This document shows, in pieces, positions 49,552 through 61,808 of a stretch of DNA of 64,000 nt. Each line of letters opens with the position of its first letter. The stretch's first letter is position 1. The position numbers and the translations under genes are program-made. The notes beneath the pieces were generated by a model, which had not been told where the DNA came from, searched no databases, and was given only the letters and a program-made list of their open reading frames with translations. The DNA lies in NCBI GenBank assembly GCA_047495785.1, contig JBLDXI010000032.1, forward strand, positions 806,001 to 870,000, read 5' to 3'. The stretch comes from Lepidodermella squamata (taxonomy: Eukaryota > Animalia > Gastrotricha).

Positions 49552-49896
49552 CTACTTCTTGCCGTAGATAGGCCTAACAAGCAGGCCTAGTTGAACGACC
49601 TCTTCAATCGGCCGAGGGCGGCGGCCACTTTTAGCGAAAATTCTCGCTTTTTTCGCCCGTTTTCGCACCAAATCTTGGTCGCTGAGCTTGTTTTGACCCG
49701 CAATGCTGTTGAGCCATTGAAGCAGATTGCTCGTTTTGTTGCTGAACGGGTTCCTCCCAACCTCAACATCAGGCTCTTCAGTGGTCGCTAGTAGAGAAAT
49801 CGACGATGCCTTTCGTTGTTCCTTTGAATGGCTGCCATCTTCGGCGATAACGCTAGTCAGACCGAGGAAGGGTAGTAAAGAGTAAATGACAAGCAT
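49552..49896 (-). CDS. Putative neuropeptide precursor B (C-terminal ...QLGLLVRPIY-amide)
   Basis: Signal peptide, RKR/KK/RR sites and a terminal GKK amidation signal; TATAAAA upstream at ~49960. Confidence 0.75.
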   Translation of the reverse strand: MLVIYSLLPFLGLTSVIAEDGSHSKEQRKASSISLLATTEEPDVEVGRNPFSNKTSNLLQWLNSIAGQNKLSDQDLVRKRAKKARIFAKSGRRPRPIEEVVQLGLLVRPIYGKK

Positions 49897-51126
49897 TGTC
49901 CGAATAGTTTTGATGTGCATATCAAGCTGATTGTTAACCGCATGTGTTTCACAGGCTGTTTTATAGACCGGGGTTACTCATACCGGTGTCCAGGCGCCAT
50001 GGTACAATTTACCACTTGTTGCTATGGAATCCGCGGTTATTATTCATGCTGTGGTGTTGAACATTTCCGGCTCCTACAAAATAACATAGTGTTAGTAAGA
50101 AATAATCGATGATGACTCAGCAATTAACTGACTTGCCGTGAGTAAGGGATATGTTTTAGCTTATTTAATAGCTCAACCTCCGAAAATCTTTGAATTTCAA
50201 TATAAATGCAGAAATGCTGATATTGCCACTCAAATCGAATATGATCAGACTCGTTTTGTAAACAAGCTAACTGATCCTGAGTAGTGTCTAACTGAGCGGA
50301 GCATCATCTATCTTTAAAATTCTGTAAAAGCCGTTTAATTCGATCCGCCACATCCTATTACAGTCAGAATCCTTCATAAAACGCATCGTGAAAAAGTTCC
50401 ACCAACCCTTATCTTGGCTCTACTAACCCTTTTATGCACGATTATCATCGTATTTCAGATGGCGGTGTAATTGATAATTTATTTAATTAAAAAATAACAC
50501 GAAATAGCAGTTGTCATCAAGGTTTGCGTTAGTGAAATTAGTGCGCATTTTATTTTTGTATGTTTAGCCCAGTAATTAGCGGTCGGTGGTCTTCTTGGGA
50601 TCTTGCATTTTTTGAACTGGGCACCAACTTGGCTTCTATAGCGCTCTACTATGTGTACGAATGTCTCATTTTCAAAGCGACGAGCGTGTATGAAACAGAT
50701 GGAAAATAAGTTGAACAAAGACAGAAAATTTGACCCAGTTCAAATTTTTTCGAAATAACGCAATGACAGTGTGTAGGACATCAAATTTTAGGACAGAATG
50801 CAATTTTATTTTTATTTTCGAAGATGGACACATCTAACTTTTGTATAATTAGGTGATTATAAAAGCGCTTTTTCATCGTGATGGACGTATGATATGTCAG
50901 TCAAGGCGCAGGTCATCAAAAGTTACTCTACTCAAATATTACATGTTACCACGGATTTGTATTCGTCATGCTTCGTTAGCCAATTTTCAACGCCCCTCCC
51001 ATTCCGAATTCTCAATATCAGGACACAGACTTGAATCTCAGTGAAGCGAGGGTGCGAGTTGTATAAAAGATAGCTAGTTCCAGCACGTTTAAATATTTGT
51101 TACCGGTATTTTATTCACTGAAAATT

Positions 51127-51375
51127 ATGGCTTATTTAATGAAAGTTTTCAACCGCAGGAAGGCCATTCGGCAAATGCCTTTGATTGTAGAAGAAAACTG
51201 TCTTCATCTTTGTCGATCAGATATGGATTTGGCGAACGTCAACAGCATGCCTAAAGGTGAACTCGAGCGATTAGCCAGCAACTGTTTCGCAACGATCAAC
51301 TTACTGTCGACTTTGGTTCAACAACAAGAAGCGAAAAATCAACCTGTCACCCTTAATGACAAGATCAAGATGTAA
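51127..51375 (+). CDS. Small orphan protein, copy 1 (82 aa)
   Basis: ORF conserved in three copies; TATAAAA at 51062 and AATAAA downstream. Confidence 0.65.
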   Translation: MAYLMKVFNRRKAIRQMPLIVEENCLHLCRSDMDLANVNSMPKGELERLASNCFATINLLSTLVQQQEAKNQPVTLNDKIKM

Positions 51376-53576
51376 TCCATGAAAACAATAAACCTTCTTA
51401 ACAATAAAAAGCTGAAGCTGCTAATAGGTTTTAGGGTGCAATCTTTCATCTTTCATACATTCTTTTATTCTCATGAAATTCGAGCAAAAACGTGGAAACT
51501 TGCCGCGGATGATTTTTCTATTTATAAAAAGCATTCCGAAATCGCAGTCAATTTTCTCCGCTTGAAAATGGTTAATGCTGACGTCCATTCAACAACTGCC
51601 CAATTTGTCTTGTGCCTGAAATCCTATCATGGCCTACGATTTATATGCTTGAAGCTAATTTTAATTGAAATTCCAAAATTCCGAAGTAAATTCCGTTGGC
51701 CGACATTAGCCTATCACCGACCCGCTTACTTATGCTAATAGCCCAATGGAAGAAATAGACCAGCAGATCACCTGGCACCCTTGGCGTTACAACCCTTCTC
51801 TTGTGAGTAATCGGTGTATATGATCTACTGTATATAACGATTAAGAAGGTTCTGCCTGGTAATTTTATCAACCAATTAACCCCTGCCTTATATACGAGAC
51901 CCGCCTTACGGCCTCCAAACCGCTAAAAGGTAACCTGTTACATTTTGTGTTCCCGTGATTATGCGATTTTTCCCTGAATCTATCAAAAAAAATTGCGACG
52001 TACTGATGTTAGCGACATGTTAGCTGCAATCCCCCGGCAACAAGTGGGCCCGGCAAACGACAACGAACGTCCAGAGTTTTGATTTATTGAGCTGAATTCC
52101 AGAGCTTAAATTTTCATTGAAAAACGAGTTTCTTTTCCTACGGTAAGGCGGCGACCTTAAACAAGTTGGCATTATCAACAGGTTGCGGGGTACTGATGAC
52201 GACTCGGATGATTCGATCGGGTTTATTGTTGAATGGTGTTTCCATAGCTTATCTGCAAATTCATCACTGAAAAGGCTGGAATCGGAGCCGCGTGAGCAGG
52301 ACTAAGATTTTGCTTAGAAATTTTGAAATAATGTGAGAGGGTTTCTATTATAGGGCTCGATATTTTCCAACATACTCAACACACAAAAAACGTCGAAATT
52401 ACGATAATATAAGGATAACGACAGTAAATTTGGCGAAATGATGATTGCCCGTCTGATCCGCGGTTCAGGGTTATTCATAGCCGTTTGAAAAAAACATGAG
52501 TAAAATTTGAGAAATGGTTAACTTTTGTCAAAATTGTACCGGCTGTCAAACTTTTACCCTAATGTTGTTAGCTCGATTTCCATATTAAAATCGTTTTCAG
52601 AAACCACCTCTGTGAGGAGATACGGAGGGGTAATTTTCAATGCTTCTCATAGAAAAAAACAACTGCCAAAAAATCGAATCGAATAGAAAAAATAATTGGA
52701 TAGATATCCTTTAACTAGAAGAGGAATATTTCGCGTATTTTTACAGAATTTTTTATTAAAGGTTCAGGTAGGTCAGCAGGTTCAAAAACTGTTGCCACAG
52801 TTGATAATTTGTTTAATTTTTAAAATAATACGGAATAGCTAATATATTAACGCTGTTATAAAGCTAAAATAGCGAAATTATCGCGAATTTCGTTTCCATT
52901 TTAAGCGCCGTATTTAGCGCAAATGTCGGTGATCTTATTTGGATCTTGCACTTATCACTTATCAACTGACTTATCAACTTGGCTTTTATTACGCTCTGCA
53001 GTGTGTACGAATGTCTCACTTTTCAAGGTGACGATATGGTGTCTGTGTCTGTGTCCTTTTGAAATACCGCATTGATAAATTGTAAAAATTTAAATTTTGT
53101 TAGGTTTAGGGATGAATGCAATTTTTTATTTAGCTATTTTTGGAGATGGATACATTGTTGTCATCATTATTATCTGACGTCTCTATACCGATTAATAAGT
53201 CTGTTTATGTAATTCAATCAATCATAATAGGTTGATAAATTAACTGTTAACTTGGTACACATTGGCAATGCACGAATTTAGAACAAAAATCAAACTTTTA
53301 TAATTAGGTGGTCGACATAAAAGCGTCCGCCTTTGGTCATGATGGCCATGTATGTCAACAATGATTAAGCGGGTCATCGAAACTTACTTTATTCACATAT
53401 TACCACGGATTTGTATTCGCCACGCTTGATTAACCAATTTTCAACGCCCCTCCCATTCCTAATTCTCAATATGAGGATGTCAGACCTGAATGTCGGAGCG
53501 GTTATTCTGTGGGTTGTATAAAAGATGGCCAATCCTAGCACGGTCGAATATTTCTTCATTTTTTCACCACAAAAAA

Positions 53577-53801
53577 ATGGATTATTTAATGAAAGTTTTC
53601 AACCGCAGGAAGGCCATTCGGCAAATGCCTTTGATTTCAGAAGAAAATTGCCTTCATCATTGTCAACCAGATATGGATTTGGCAAACGTCAACAGCATGC
53701 CTAAAGGTGAACTCGAGCGATTAGCCAGCAACTGTTTCGCAACGATCAACTTACTGTCAACTTTGGTTCAACAACAAGAAGCTATTAAAACCAACTTGTA
53801 A
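53577..53801 (+). CDS. Small orphan protein, copy 2 (74 aa, altered C-terminus)
   Basis: Paralog of 51127-51375; TATAAAA at 53517. Confidence 0.6.
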   Translation: MDYLMKVFNRRKAIRQMPLISEENCLHHCQPDMDLANVNSMPKGELERLASNCFATINLLSTLVQQQEAIKTNL

Positions 53802-54936
53802 CAGATTTGACAAGATCAATGTGTGCTCTATGAAAGCAATAAACCTTCTTAACAATAAAAAGCTGAAGCTGCTCATAGGTTTTAGATCATATATTTCATA
53901 CATATTTTTCCCTTGAAATGTGTGCAATTACGTGAAAAAGTGCCGGATGACTACATAGGTAGTTTTCGGTTCATAAAAAGCATCTCTCAGGAATTCCGAA
54001 ATCGCAGTCAATTTTCTCGGCTTAAAAATGGTTACTGGTGAAACTTGATATAGCCCTAGCCTTAAACCTGAACCCTAACCCCAAGTATTTTACCTGCCCC
54101 GACCTCTAATCATCGTTTCGCTAAAATTTACCATCAAAGAATTTGTACGGGGTGAATATCATTCAATTTCTTCCTCTCGCTTCTTCCTTGAATATAGAAT
54201 AAAAATAACAGAAAAATAAGTTCGCGCCTTTCTAGATCCCGATGAAATTTAGGTTGAAAAGGTGCTAATGCTAATGAAATAGAGTGGATTTGAGCTATAA
54301 TAACCATTATTTTATTCAATTCACCACAAATAAATTTCAAGCTTCCGAAAATTCGGCTCGTAAAACTTTGTACGAATGTCTCATTTTTTAAGGTGGCCTG
54401 AAAGAGAAGAAGCTCAAGCTTTGTCGCTGTTTTTCCATAATTTAGCGCACTGACATTGTAGGAAATCATACTTTTTAGGGCTGCGAATTTCTGTTTATAA
54501 TTTTTGAAGATGGACACATTTTTTTCTTAATTAGGTATCTGTCGTCTAGACCGTTACATTAGTCTGTTTATGAAAGTAAATTAACTTAAATGAGGCTAAT
54601 CAATTGATTTTTAATGAAAAATCGCAATTGTACTACTTGTACTCGTAAATATGGTGGTCATAGGTGTCTTTTCATCATGATGGCCGTGATTGTCACTGAT
54701 TAGGCGCGTCACCATGAGTTACTTAATATTCTATATTCACTATATTCACCACGGGTTTGTATCCGCCACGCTTGATTAACCCATTTTTAACACCCTTCAA
54801 TTCCTATTCTCATTATCAGAATTCCAGACTTGTATGTCAGTGGGGACAAGGCTGTTGTTTACAGACGGGTTGTATAAAAGATGTAAAAAAGATCCGAGCC
54901 CGGTAGAATATTTCTTCATTTTTTTCACAACAAACA

Positions 54937-55179
54937 ATGGATTATTTAATGAAAATATTCAGCCGTATGAAGGCCAGTCGGCAAATGCCTTTGATTTTAG
55001 AAGAAAATTGCCTTCATCTTCGCCAAACAGATATGGCCAACGTCAACAGCATGCCTAAAGGTGATCTCGAGCAGTTAGCCAGCAACTGTTTCGCAACGAT
55101 CAACTTACTGTCGACTTTGGTTCAACGAGAAGAAGCGAAAAATCAACCTGTAACCCTTAATGACAAGATCAAGGCGTGA
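54937..55179 (+). CDS. Small orphan protein, copy 3 (80 aa)
   Basis: Paralog with an in-frame 6-nt deletion; TATAAAA at 54873. Confidence 0.65.
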   Translation: MDYLMKIFSRMKASRQMPLILEENCLHLRQTDMANVNSMPKGDLEQLASNCFATINLLSTLVQREEAKNQPVTLNDKIKA

Positions 55180-55787
55180 TTCATGATAATAATAAACCTT
55201 CTTATTAACAATAAAGATGAAGCTGCTATTGATTTTGATTTGAATTATTTATTATTTGAGCACTTGTGGTTAAAGTATAATCCAATCTTTTGACCAGGGA
55301 AGTCCAAATCGATTTCAGCCTTATTCAATGAGTTAGCTCATGGCATCGACCTTTATCATCGATTTGCTATAGAGATGAGGCTCGGATTCGCTTTGAAACC
55401 CTTGGATAATTCGATTTTGGGCTTATTTATAAAACACCTTTTATCAATAGTTGCTTATTCTCATTTGCTTATTCAAAATTTGAGATCAGCTGTGCGTCCC
55501 ACTTCTCCTAGTGTTTCAATTTCTCCATTATTTGTTTCTGTAGAATAAAAAATAGCAGAAAATGAGCTCGTGCCCCTCTAGACCCCATGGTATGTGGGTC
55601 GAAAAATTCTAGATGCAAGCGTAATAGAGTGTATTCTATATGTATCATGTTTAAGAAATTTCCAACATTTTCATTTGCTAGAAAAAATTGTTTTCAGGCT
55701 ACCATCGACTTCGACCTTCGACGATCTTTTTTCATTACAATTATTCGGAATTTCAGAATTAGGTATCTGTTACATAGGCACGTTATT

Positions 55788-56246
55788 ATGGAATTGTCCG
55801 GCAGGAACTGGTTTGGGATACTACAAGGCGTTGTTGGCGCAGCAGTTTTCATACTGGCCTACTCATCGGTCTCGCCGATCAAGCGATACTTGCCATACAA
55901 ACATCGCCTGGGTATCTTTATCGTGTGCTTAGCCGGTGGAGTCTATTGCGGTTTCGGTTACTGCCCAGGCCAAAGCATGACGCACTTCGCACTGCAAGTG
56001 GCAAGTACGTTCGCCTTATTCGTTCTTTCAATGTACACCCATTCGCTGTACATGCTAAAACCGAAACGGCAAGACGATGTTGGAAAGTTGATATGCTGTG
56101 GTTTGCTGTTTCACGGTTTCTGGGACTTCATGTTACATTCCGGAATTCAGCCCTGGGATACATCGGTCGACACGTCCATCTACGCCCCTGGTTGTCTCTT
56201 CTTTGACGTTATCGTTGGACTGTGGTACTACAACTCGACGGATTAA
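55788..56246 (+). CDS. Intronless multi-pass membrane protein resembling bacterial DUF6010-type proteins (152 aa)
   Basis: Four to five hydrophobic segments; motifs AGGVYCGFG, GLLFHGFWDFMLH and YAPGCLFFDVIVGLW. Confidence 0.65.
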   Translation: MELSGRNWFGILQGVVGAAVFILAYSSVSPIKRYLPYKHRLGIFIVCLAGGVYCGFGYCPGQSMTHFALQVASTFALFVLSMYTHSLYMLKPKRQDDVGKLICCGLLFHGFWDFMLHSGIQPWDTSVDTSIYAPGCLFFDVIVGLWYYNSTD

Positions 56247-57223
56247 AATGCGAAGGCCGATTGATTACAAATTTGATGGGCAATGATGTTGTTTGCAAAT
56301 GCCATCAGAATATGGCGAAATTAGCTGTGAAAATAGACGATACAGGCGAATAAAAATTCAGGACAAAATTAGTCCAACCGAATAGAATACCGATAATTAC
56401 CGAACCTGATTCGGGTTCTTCCTGGTTTTCTCTGGTAAATTGAATTTTTCTGCAGTGAAATCGCAGATAATGGATTTGGAAATGCCCTTCGAAAATAAAT
56501 TTTCCGCAAATCTCTTGACGATAGGTGGATTTCAAAAGGTTCCAAGAATGTTCGCACTTCCAACAATGATTAAGCGGGCACAGTTGAAAATTGGGTTATT
56601 TTCCAAGCTTGAAATTCAATTTTTCAAGAATTTTTCATGCATTACACAACCATCGATAAAACCTTAGAAAATTGCATTTTCCAAGCTCTAAAATGCTTCG
56701 TCTGCTATAAACATAAAATTCACGCAATATTTGCAGTCCTCCAGTTTTTTCGATTATTGAAGTGATAAGAAACTTTTTCCGTGAAATGCGAAATATGGAA
56801 GTTTTGCCACAAAACGCAACCTTAAATCCAAAATCTGGATTTAGCCAGTGAAAACTTGCTGGACGAATCGAAACATGTTTCTCCGCGCTCTCAGAATTAC
56901 TGTATTTTCTCGAAATAGCGCGTCCTCAGCTCTTTGATCATCGAATAACAGCAATATCTGATGTCATGCAGGTGAATTGAATCATCCATAGCTAATAAAT
57001 TCCGAAATTGCCTCCGAGACACTGAAGTTTTTTGATCAAAGTCCAAAACGCGCATCTCAATGAAGTCCACTTATTCTTCATCAAATAAGTACAACAATTT
57101 ATTTCGACTCAATCGCACCGAGGGTCGGAAATTGCAGAAAAACTAAATAAATTCAATATGGTACACAGTTAATCACGTAGTTCTTTGAAGTACATCGGGT
57201 CAGTATCATTATTTGGCCCACGG

Positions 57224-59245
57224 TTATTGAGTTGCCGAGGTTTCCGTCGCTTTCTTTTCAGCAGTTTCGTCCTCATTTTCCTGTTCAGCCGGCGGTAAAT
57301 CTAACTCGCTTTCGTCCTCATTAATCTGCAAAATCCGCGCCATTTCAGTCAGTTTTAAAACTCCGCCGTCGATATCATCCAACCGCGGTTGGTCCTTCAG
57401 CAGTTTCCGAGCAACGCCCAACCGGCCGGGTAGATTCCACAGCAACATTCCGACTAAACGGCGAGAATCGTCGCCCTGTTTCGGGGTCGAAAGGTAGAAA
57501 ACAACGCCGCGTTTAAAGTCCTCCTGCTTCTCATCCGCCTTAACAGGCGTTGCTTTCGCGAAAACGGCATAGGTCTGTAGATGCGCGTCTACAAGGCCGA
57601 CAGCCTCGAAACTGACGTTAGGCCCAAGATCGGACCAAAACATCGCCTGTTGCGAGTAGACCTTATTAGCCCCGGTCATATTTTCACCGGCTAACCGCCC
57701 AGAAACAATAGCCTGGTCGTGGTGCTCAACCCGCCGCCTCGCCCTGAGCCTCGGGTCGTAAAACGAGCTAACGTCACCGGCTGCCCACAAGTTGTTACGG
57801 GCTAACAGCTCGGAATTAACCGCAATACCTCCGATATGCTGGTCGACTTCGAGCCCGGCTTGTTCCGCAAGTTGAGTATTCGGCTCAATGCCAGTCGCCA
57901 TGACAACATGGGCTGCTGTCAATTCTTGACCATTTTTCAATTTCAGCTTCAATCCTCCTGATTTCAGATTTTCAACACCGGCGATTTCAGCGCCTGTGAC
58001 TAGTTTAACACCAGCCTCCGTCAAACGATCGGCAGTCCATGAGCTGAGGTAGGCAGGTAAAACTTGCTCGAGAACGCCTCGCTCTCGAATAATTTGATGC
58101 ACTTTGTAAGCGCCATTCTTCTGAGAAGCTCGATAGGCAAGGGCGAAAGCTAATTCACAGCCTAGGAATCCACCACCAACAACGATAATCGACTGGTCAC
58201 CGCCCTGTTCGGCGACACGGTCGGCAGTTGCAATCAGCTGCTTGTAGTCCTCAAGATTGCGGAAGAAAGACACTTTTCCAGAGTTTAGAACTCGTTCAAA
58301 TTGAGGCATAATACGAGGTTTGCCGCCAGTAGCCAATAAACACCGGTCGTACGAAATTTCACGGGTTGGGGCATCTTCTGTTCCCTCTGGAACTGTAAAA
58401 CAAAAGGCAAAGTATAAACTGAAGTTCAAACTAAAGCCGAAATCTAACCTGAAGTTGGCACAACAGTCACGGTTTGTTTACGCGGATTCAAACCGATTAC
58501 TCTAAGCCCGGATCCGACAGCAATGCCACCATTTTCTCGAGCAAATAATTCCTCCAATTCACAGTAGAACTTCGATTTTTCTAGAAAAATAGATCTAGGA
58601 CGGCCGTTCCATTGCAGAAAAGCCGGTTGTTCAACAGGTTCTTCACTAGCTACGGTCGGTGTGAGCCATAACTCTTTTGAGAGCGGTGGGCGCATGTAAG
58701 GAGAATAAGGTTCCTCGCCAATAAGTAGCACTCGAGCCGTCGGGTCGCGAGCGCGGATGGAACGAGCAGCTGAGAATGCAGCAGTTCCAGCTCCTACGAT
58801 CAAATACGGAACTTTTTCTGGCAACCTAGCCAGTAATTTTTTCTCTTCAGTCCAAGCTGGAGCCTGGCGCTTGTCTTCAGACTTGGAAGCCGATTTTCCA
58901 TCAGAACTACTACCCTCGTGAGTACTTATGTACTTTGAGTACTGAAAAAGGTCGAGGAGGATGAAATCGAAGCAATCTGAACATACATCTTACCAATAGA
59001 AATCCCGTAGCAGCTCCGACACCTAAAACGGTCGCAGCGAAAGCGTTCCAACCGTATTGGTGAGAGTGATCACCACCTTCATCCGATTTTTGCTCGTGTG
59101 CGACTTTCTTAGCAGCAAAAAGAGGTCGAGCTAAGTTCGTCGTAAAGTTCCTGTTCGCTGAAACTCTAGCAGCCATTGACCGGCCGCTATGGATCAGGCG
59201 AGCCGAAGACGCGATGCGCGATCCAATATTGTGCATAAAATACAT
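57224..59245 (-). CDS. AIFM1: Apoptosis-inducing factor, mitochondrial. Exons 59245-58994, 58941-58449, 58392-57224.
   Basis: YLIVGAGTAAFSA, PYMRPPLSKELW, QWNGRPRSIF, GGGFLGCELA, RRRVEHHDQAIVSGRLAGENMTG and MFWSDLGP. Confidence 0.95.
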
Positions 59246-60272
59246 GGTAAACGATACCGGCTACGAAAAACAAGTGAAAATGGCATGGTAGAGTAGGTGA
59301 GAAAATCAATTTCGCGAAGCCCGACGAATGAGTTTGCACTCGCGGAACTTCTGATGATGGGAGAGAGCAATCATGAACCATGAATAATGTGAGACAGCCA
59401 CTATGAATGCCAAAGCCATTCCGGGTTCCGGGTCAGAACCGGCAACCGGGGCCGGCTAAAACTTGCCCCAAAAAACAGCTGACAACTGACTCCGGCATTT
59501 CGACCCACATTGGATCGAACTTTTCGGAAATCAAAACATTACGGAAACACGTTAATTCGTATATAAACAATCAATTGTGTCTGATCTTGAAATAGAATTG
59601 TTTAATATGCGTCTAAAACAATCAGCTTTTTCACAAAATGATTGTTCGCGAATCACCGCAGTTTTTACGCCGCGTTCGGATAGCGAAGTCGCGCTTAGTT
59701 CTTGGCTTACTTCGTTCATAGCTTCTATTCGGATGTTTACACAGGGAAATCAATTTTCAGATATCCGCAAAATATTGGTACCACCTTGTAGAGCATGAAA
59801 TTCTGAGTAAAACGAGGTTAGACACTTGGGGTCTCAAACCTAACGGGTCGGCTGGGGATGGGCTCAAATAGCAAAAAATGCCTCAGGACCCCCGAAGTTG
59901 CGCAATTTTGGGCAATTTCGGGGGTCTTGGTCCGCGGCAAATCACTATTTTCTTTTCCGCAAATTTACATTAAAATATTTTGTTCTCAGATAATGAAAGC
60001 AAAATAATTAATAAAAATTCTAAGGACGATTTTGGTGACCGGCGAACATCCGAATTAAAACCAGGCCTTGTTTGGAAGCATCAAGCATCACAACATGCAG
60101 CATCCCGAATGATGTTTTGCATCCTGGCCTTTAGCCTGAACTTTTAGACAGTTTCTAGTTGCCCCATCAAGGCTTTTATTCATGTTCATTCGCTTTGGTC
60201 ATCGGATTGGGTTCCTCGCGATTGCTGGAAAGAAATCAGGCCGAGAAGTTGAATTTCTCGACCCAATAGATA

Positions 60273-61696
60273 CAGTGGCGTAGATAATCCTAAATCGAGC
60301 GGTCGCGCGCGAACGCCACACACCGAGTAGGGTAGTGTCAATTTCTTCCGCGCGTACGCCACACGCCGAATGGGGTAGTGCCAATTTTGTCTTACCCTTT
60401 TATTATGCAAGTGGCAAGTGCCCGTAGTTCCAGTCGTTCAGGTGGACGAAATTATAATATTTAAAACTCTAAATTAGAAAAAAATATATCGAAGTAAGCA
60501 GATTTAGCTCAAACTTCTTTAGATTTCACATTTCACCGAGTTCTTTTTCGAAGTCATCAGAGCTCAAAAACACCGAACGGCTTCTAAGGTGAGCTTTAGC
60601 GAAGTTATCGATCAGCAAATCGATATCAATTTGAGCAGCTAGGTCGCGCTCGATCGCAATCATACTTAAACTATTGAGGAAATGTTGCCCCAGTTGGGTT
60701 CGAAGGTAATTTTTTATCAATTTCAGACGGGAAAAACTACGTTCGTTTTCGGTGGTAGTTACCGGTAATGTAAAGAATAGTCTACACGCCTTTAGTAGTG
60801 ACGGAAAACTATCTGTCAAGCAGAATTTAAGAATTGTAGAACTTATTTTATGCACCCCTAGAACCTCGGGAAAACGGCGGAAAAACGCATATGTTTCTTC
60901 GGCTAGATCTAAAACGTTGAAATCGTTTTTGTAGAATGAAGCAAATTGTTTTGAGGCGGTTCGCCTTTCCAGAGCAGTCAAGCCCTCCTGCCATAGGAAG
61001 CCGAAGTTTGTGACAACTTCGGTCATCCCCGCCAGACGAATTTGCGTTTGTTCGCTGATCAAGTCTAGCGTTTCCACTAATTCTTCAAAACGAAATTCGC
61101 CGATGCATCGGCGCTTCGAGAAAGTCAAGGGAATGCCAAGGCTCGACGCTTGTTCGTAGGCGCGCACCAAAAAGGCAGGAGCATTATCTGCATAAATTCA
61201 TTCAATTCATTCAACTCGACAATTCAAACTGATCTCACTTGAATTGACGCTGTCGATGTTGCCAAGGTCGGGTTCGCTATTGCTAATTTCAAGCTTTAGA
61301 TTTTCGACGAAGTCAACTAAACAGGCGACGGATTCGCACGCTGTTTCGAGAGTGCATGTCGACGATTGTAGGGTACGCGAAGTAATATCAATTTGCTGAA
61401 GCAATTCGGCCCAGAAATGCAACATTATGAGAAATTCAATCGAGGAAGTTGCTTCGCTGACACCCAAAGCCTCGGCCGATTCTTTTGGTCGTTCAGCCGC
61501 TATGTCAGCCAAAGCTTGATGCACGTGAGGTAGATTGTTTTCCAAAGCACGAACAGCAAACCATTTCGCCGCCCAGCGTCCGTAAATGGTAAGGGTCCCC
61601 CCTGTGGTCGCTTTTCGAAGTACGCCACACGCCATTTTGGGGGGTGAAGACTGGGGTCGCGGCGCGACCGCTCGCGACCGCTTATCTACGCCACTG
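60273..61696 (-). mobile_element. Internally deleted hAT DNA transposon (1424 bp)
   Basis: 15-bp TIRs CAGTGGCGTAGATAA (60273-60287) and TTATCTACGCCACTG (61682-61696); 8-bp TSD AATAGATA on both sides; hAT dimerisation motif TLPVTTTENERSFSRLKLIKNYLRT in 60526-61170. Confidence 0.93.
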
Positions 61697-61808
61697 AATA
61701 GATAATGGATCATGTTTCATAAAAGGAGCGTTAAATTCATTGGAGACGTCTGAATTTTTCTCGAGCTGTGTCGACTTGAATGATTTTGTTCTTATTTTTA
61801 GGGTTTAA

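Larger units (their letters stand above)
50650..55230 (+). repeat. Three direct ~0.9-1 kb repeat units (~50650-51600, ~53000-54040, ~54370-55230), each with promoter, small ORF and 3' UTR
   Basis: Shared blocks TACGAATGTCTCA, GATGGACACAT, ACCACGG(A/G)TTTGTAT.CG, TGTATAAAAGAT and AATAAACCTTCTTA. Confidence 0.85.

Noticed and set aside
51127-51375. Possible Bearded-family identity for the triplicated microprotein
   Set aside because: Size, TATA box and basic N-terminus fit loosely, but the diagnostic motifs are not convincingly present.
54050-54085. Telomere-like CCCTAA/TTAGGG words (also at ~53100)
   Set aside because: Only two or three degenerate units; not an interstitial telomere array.
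27140-59245. NDH2 and AIF as a functional flavoprotein cluster
   Set aside because: They are about 29 kb apart on opposite strands with unrelated genes between; no evidence beyond coincidence.
59887-59926. Short hairpin GACCCCCGAA..TTCGGGGGTC
   Set aside because: Too short to assign as a terminator, ncRNA or element end without further evidence.
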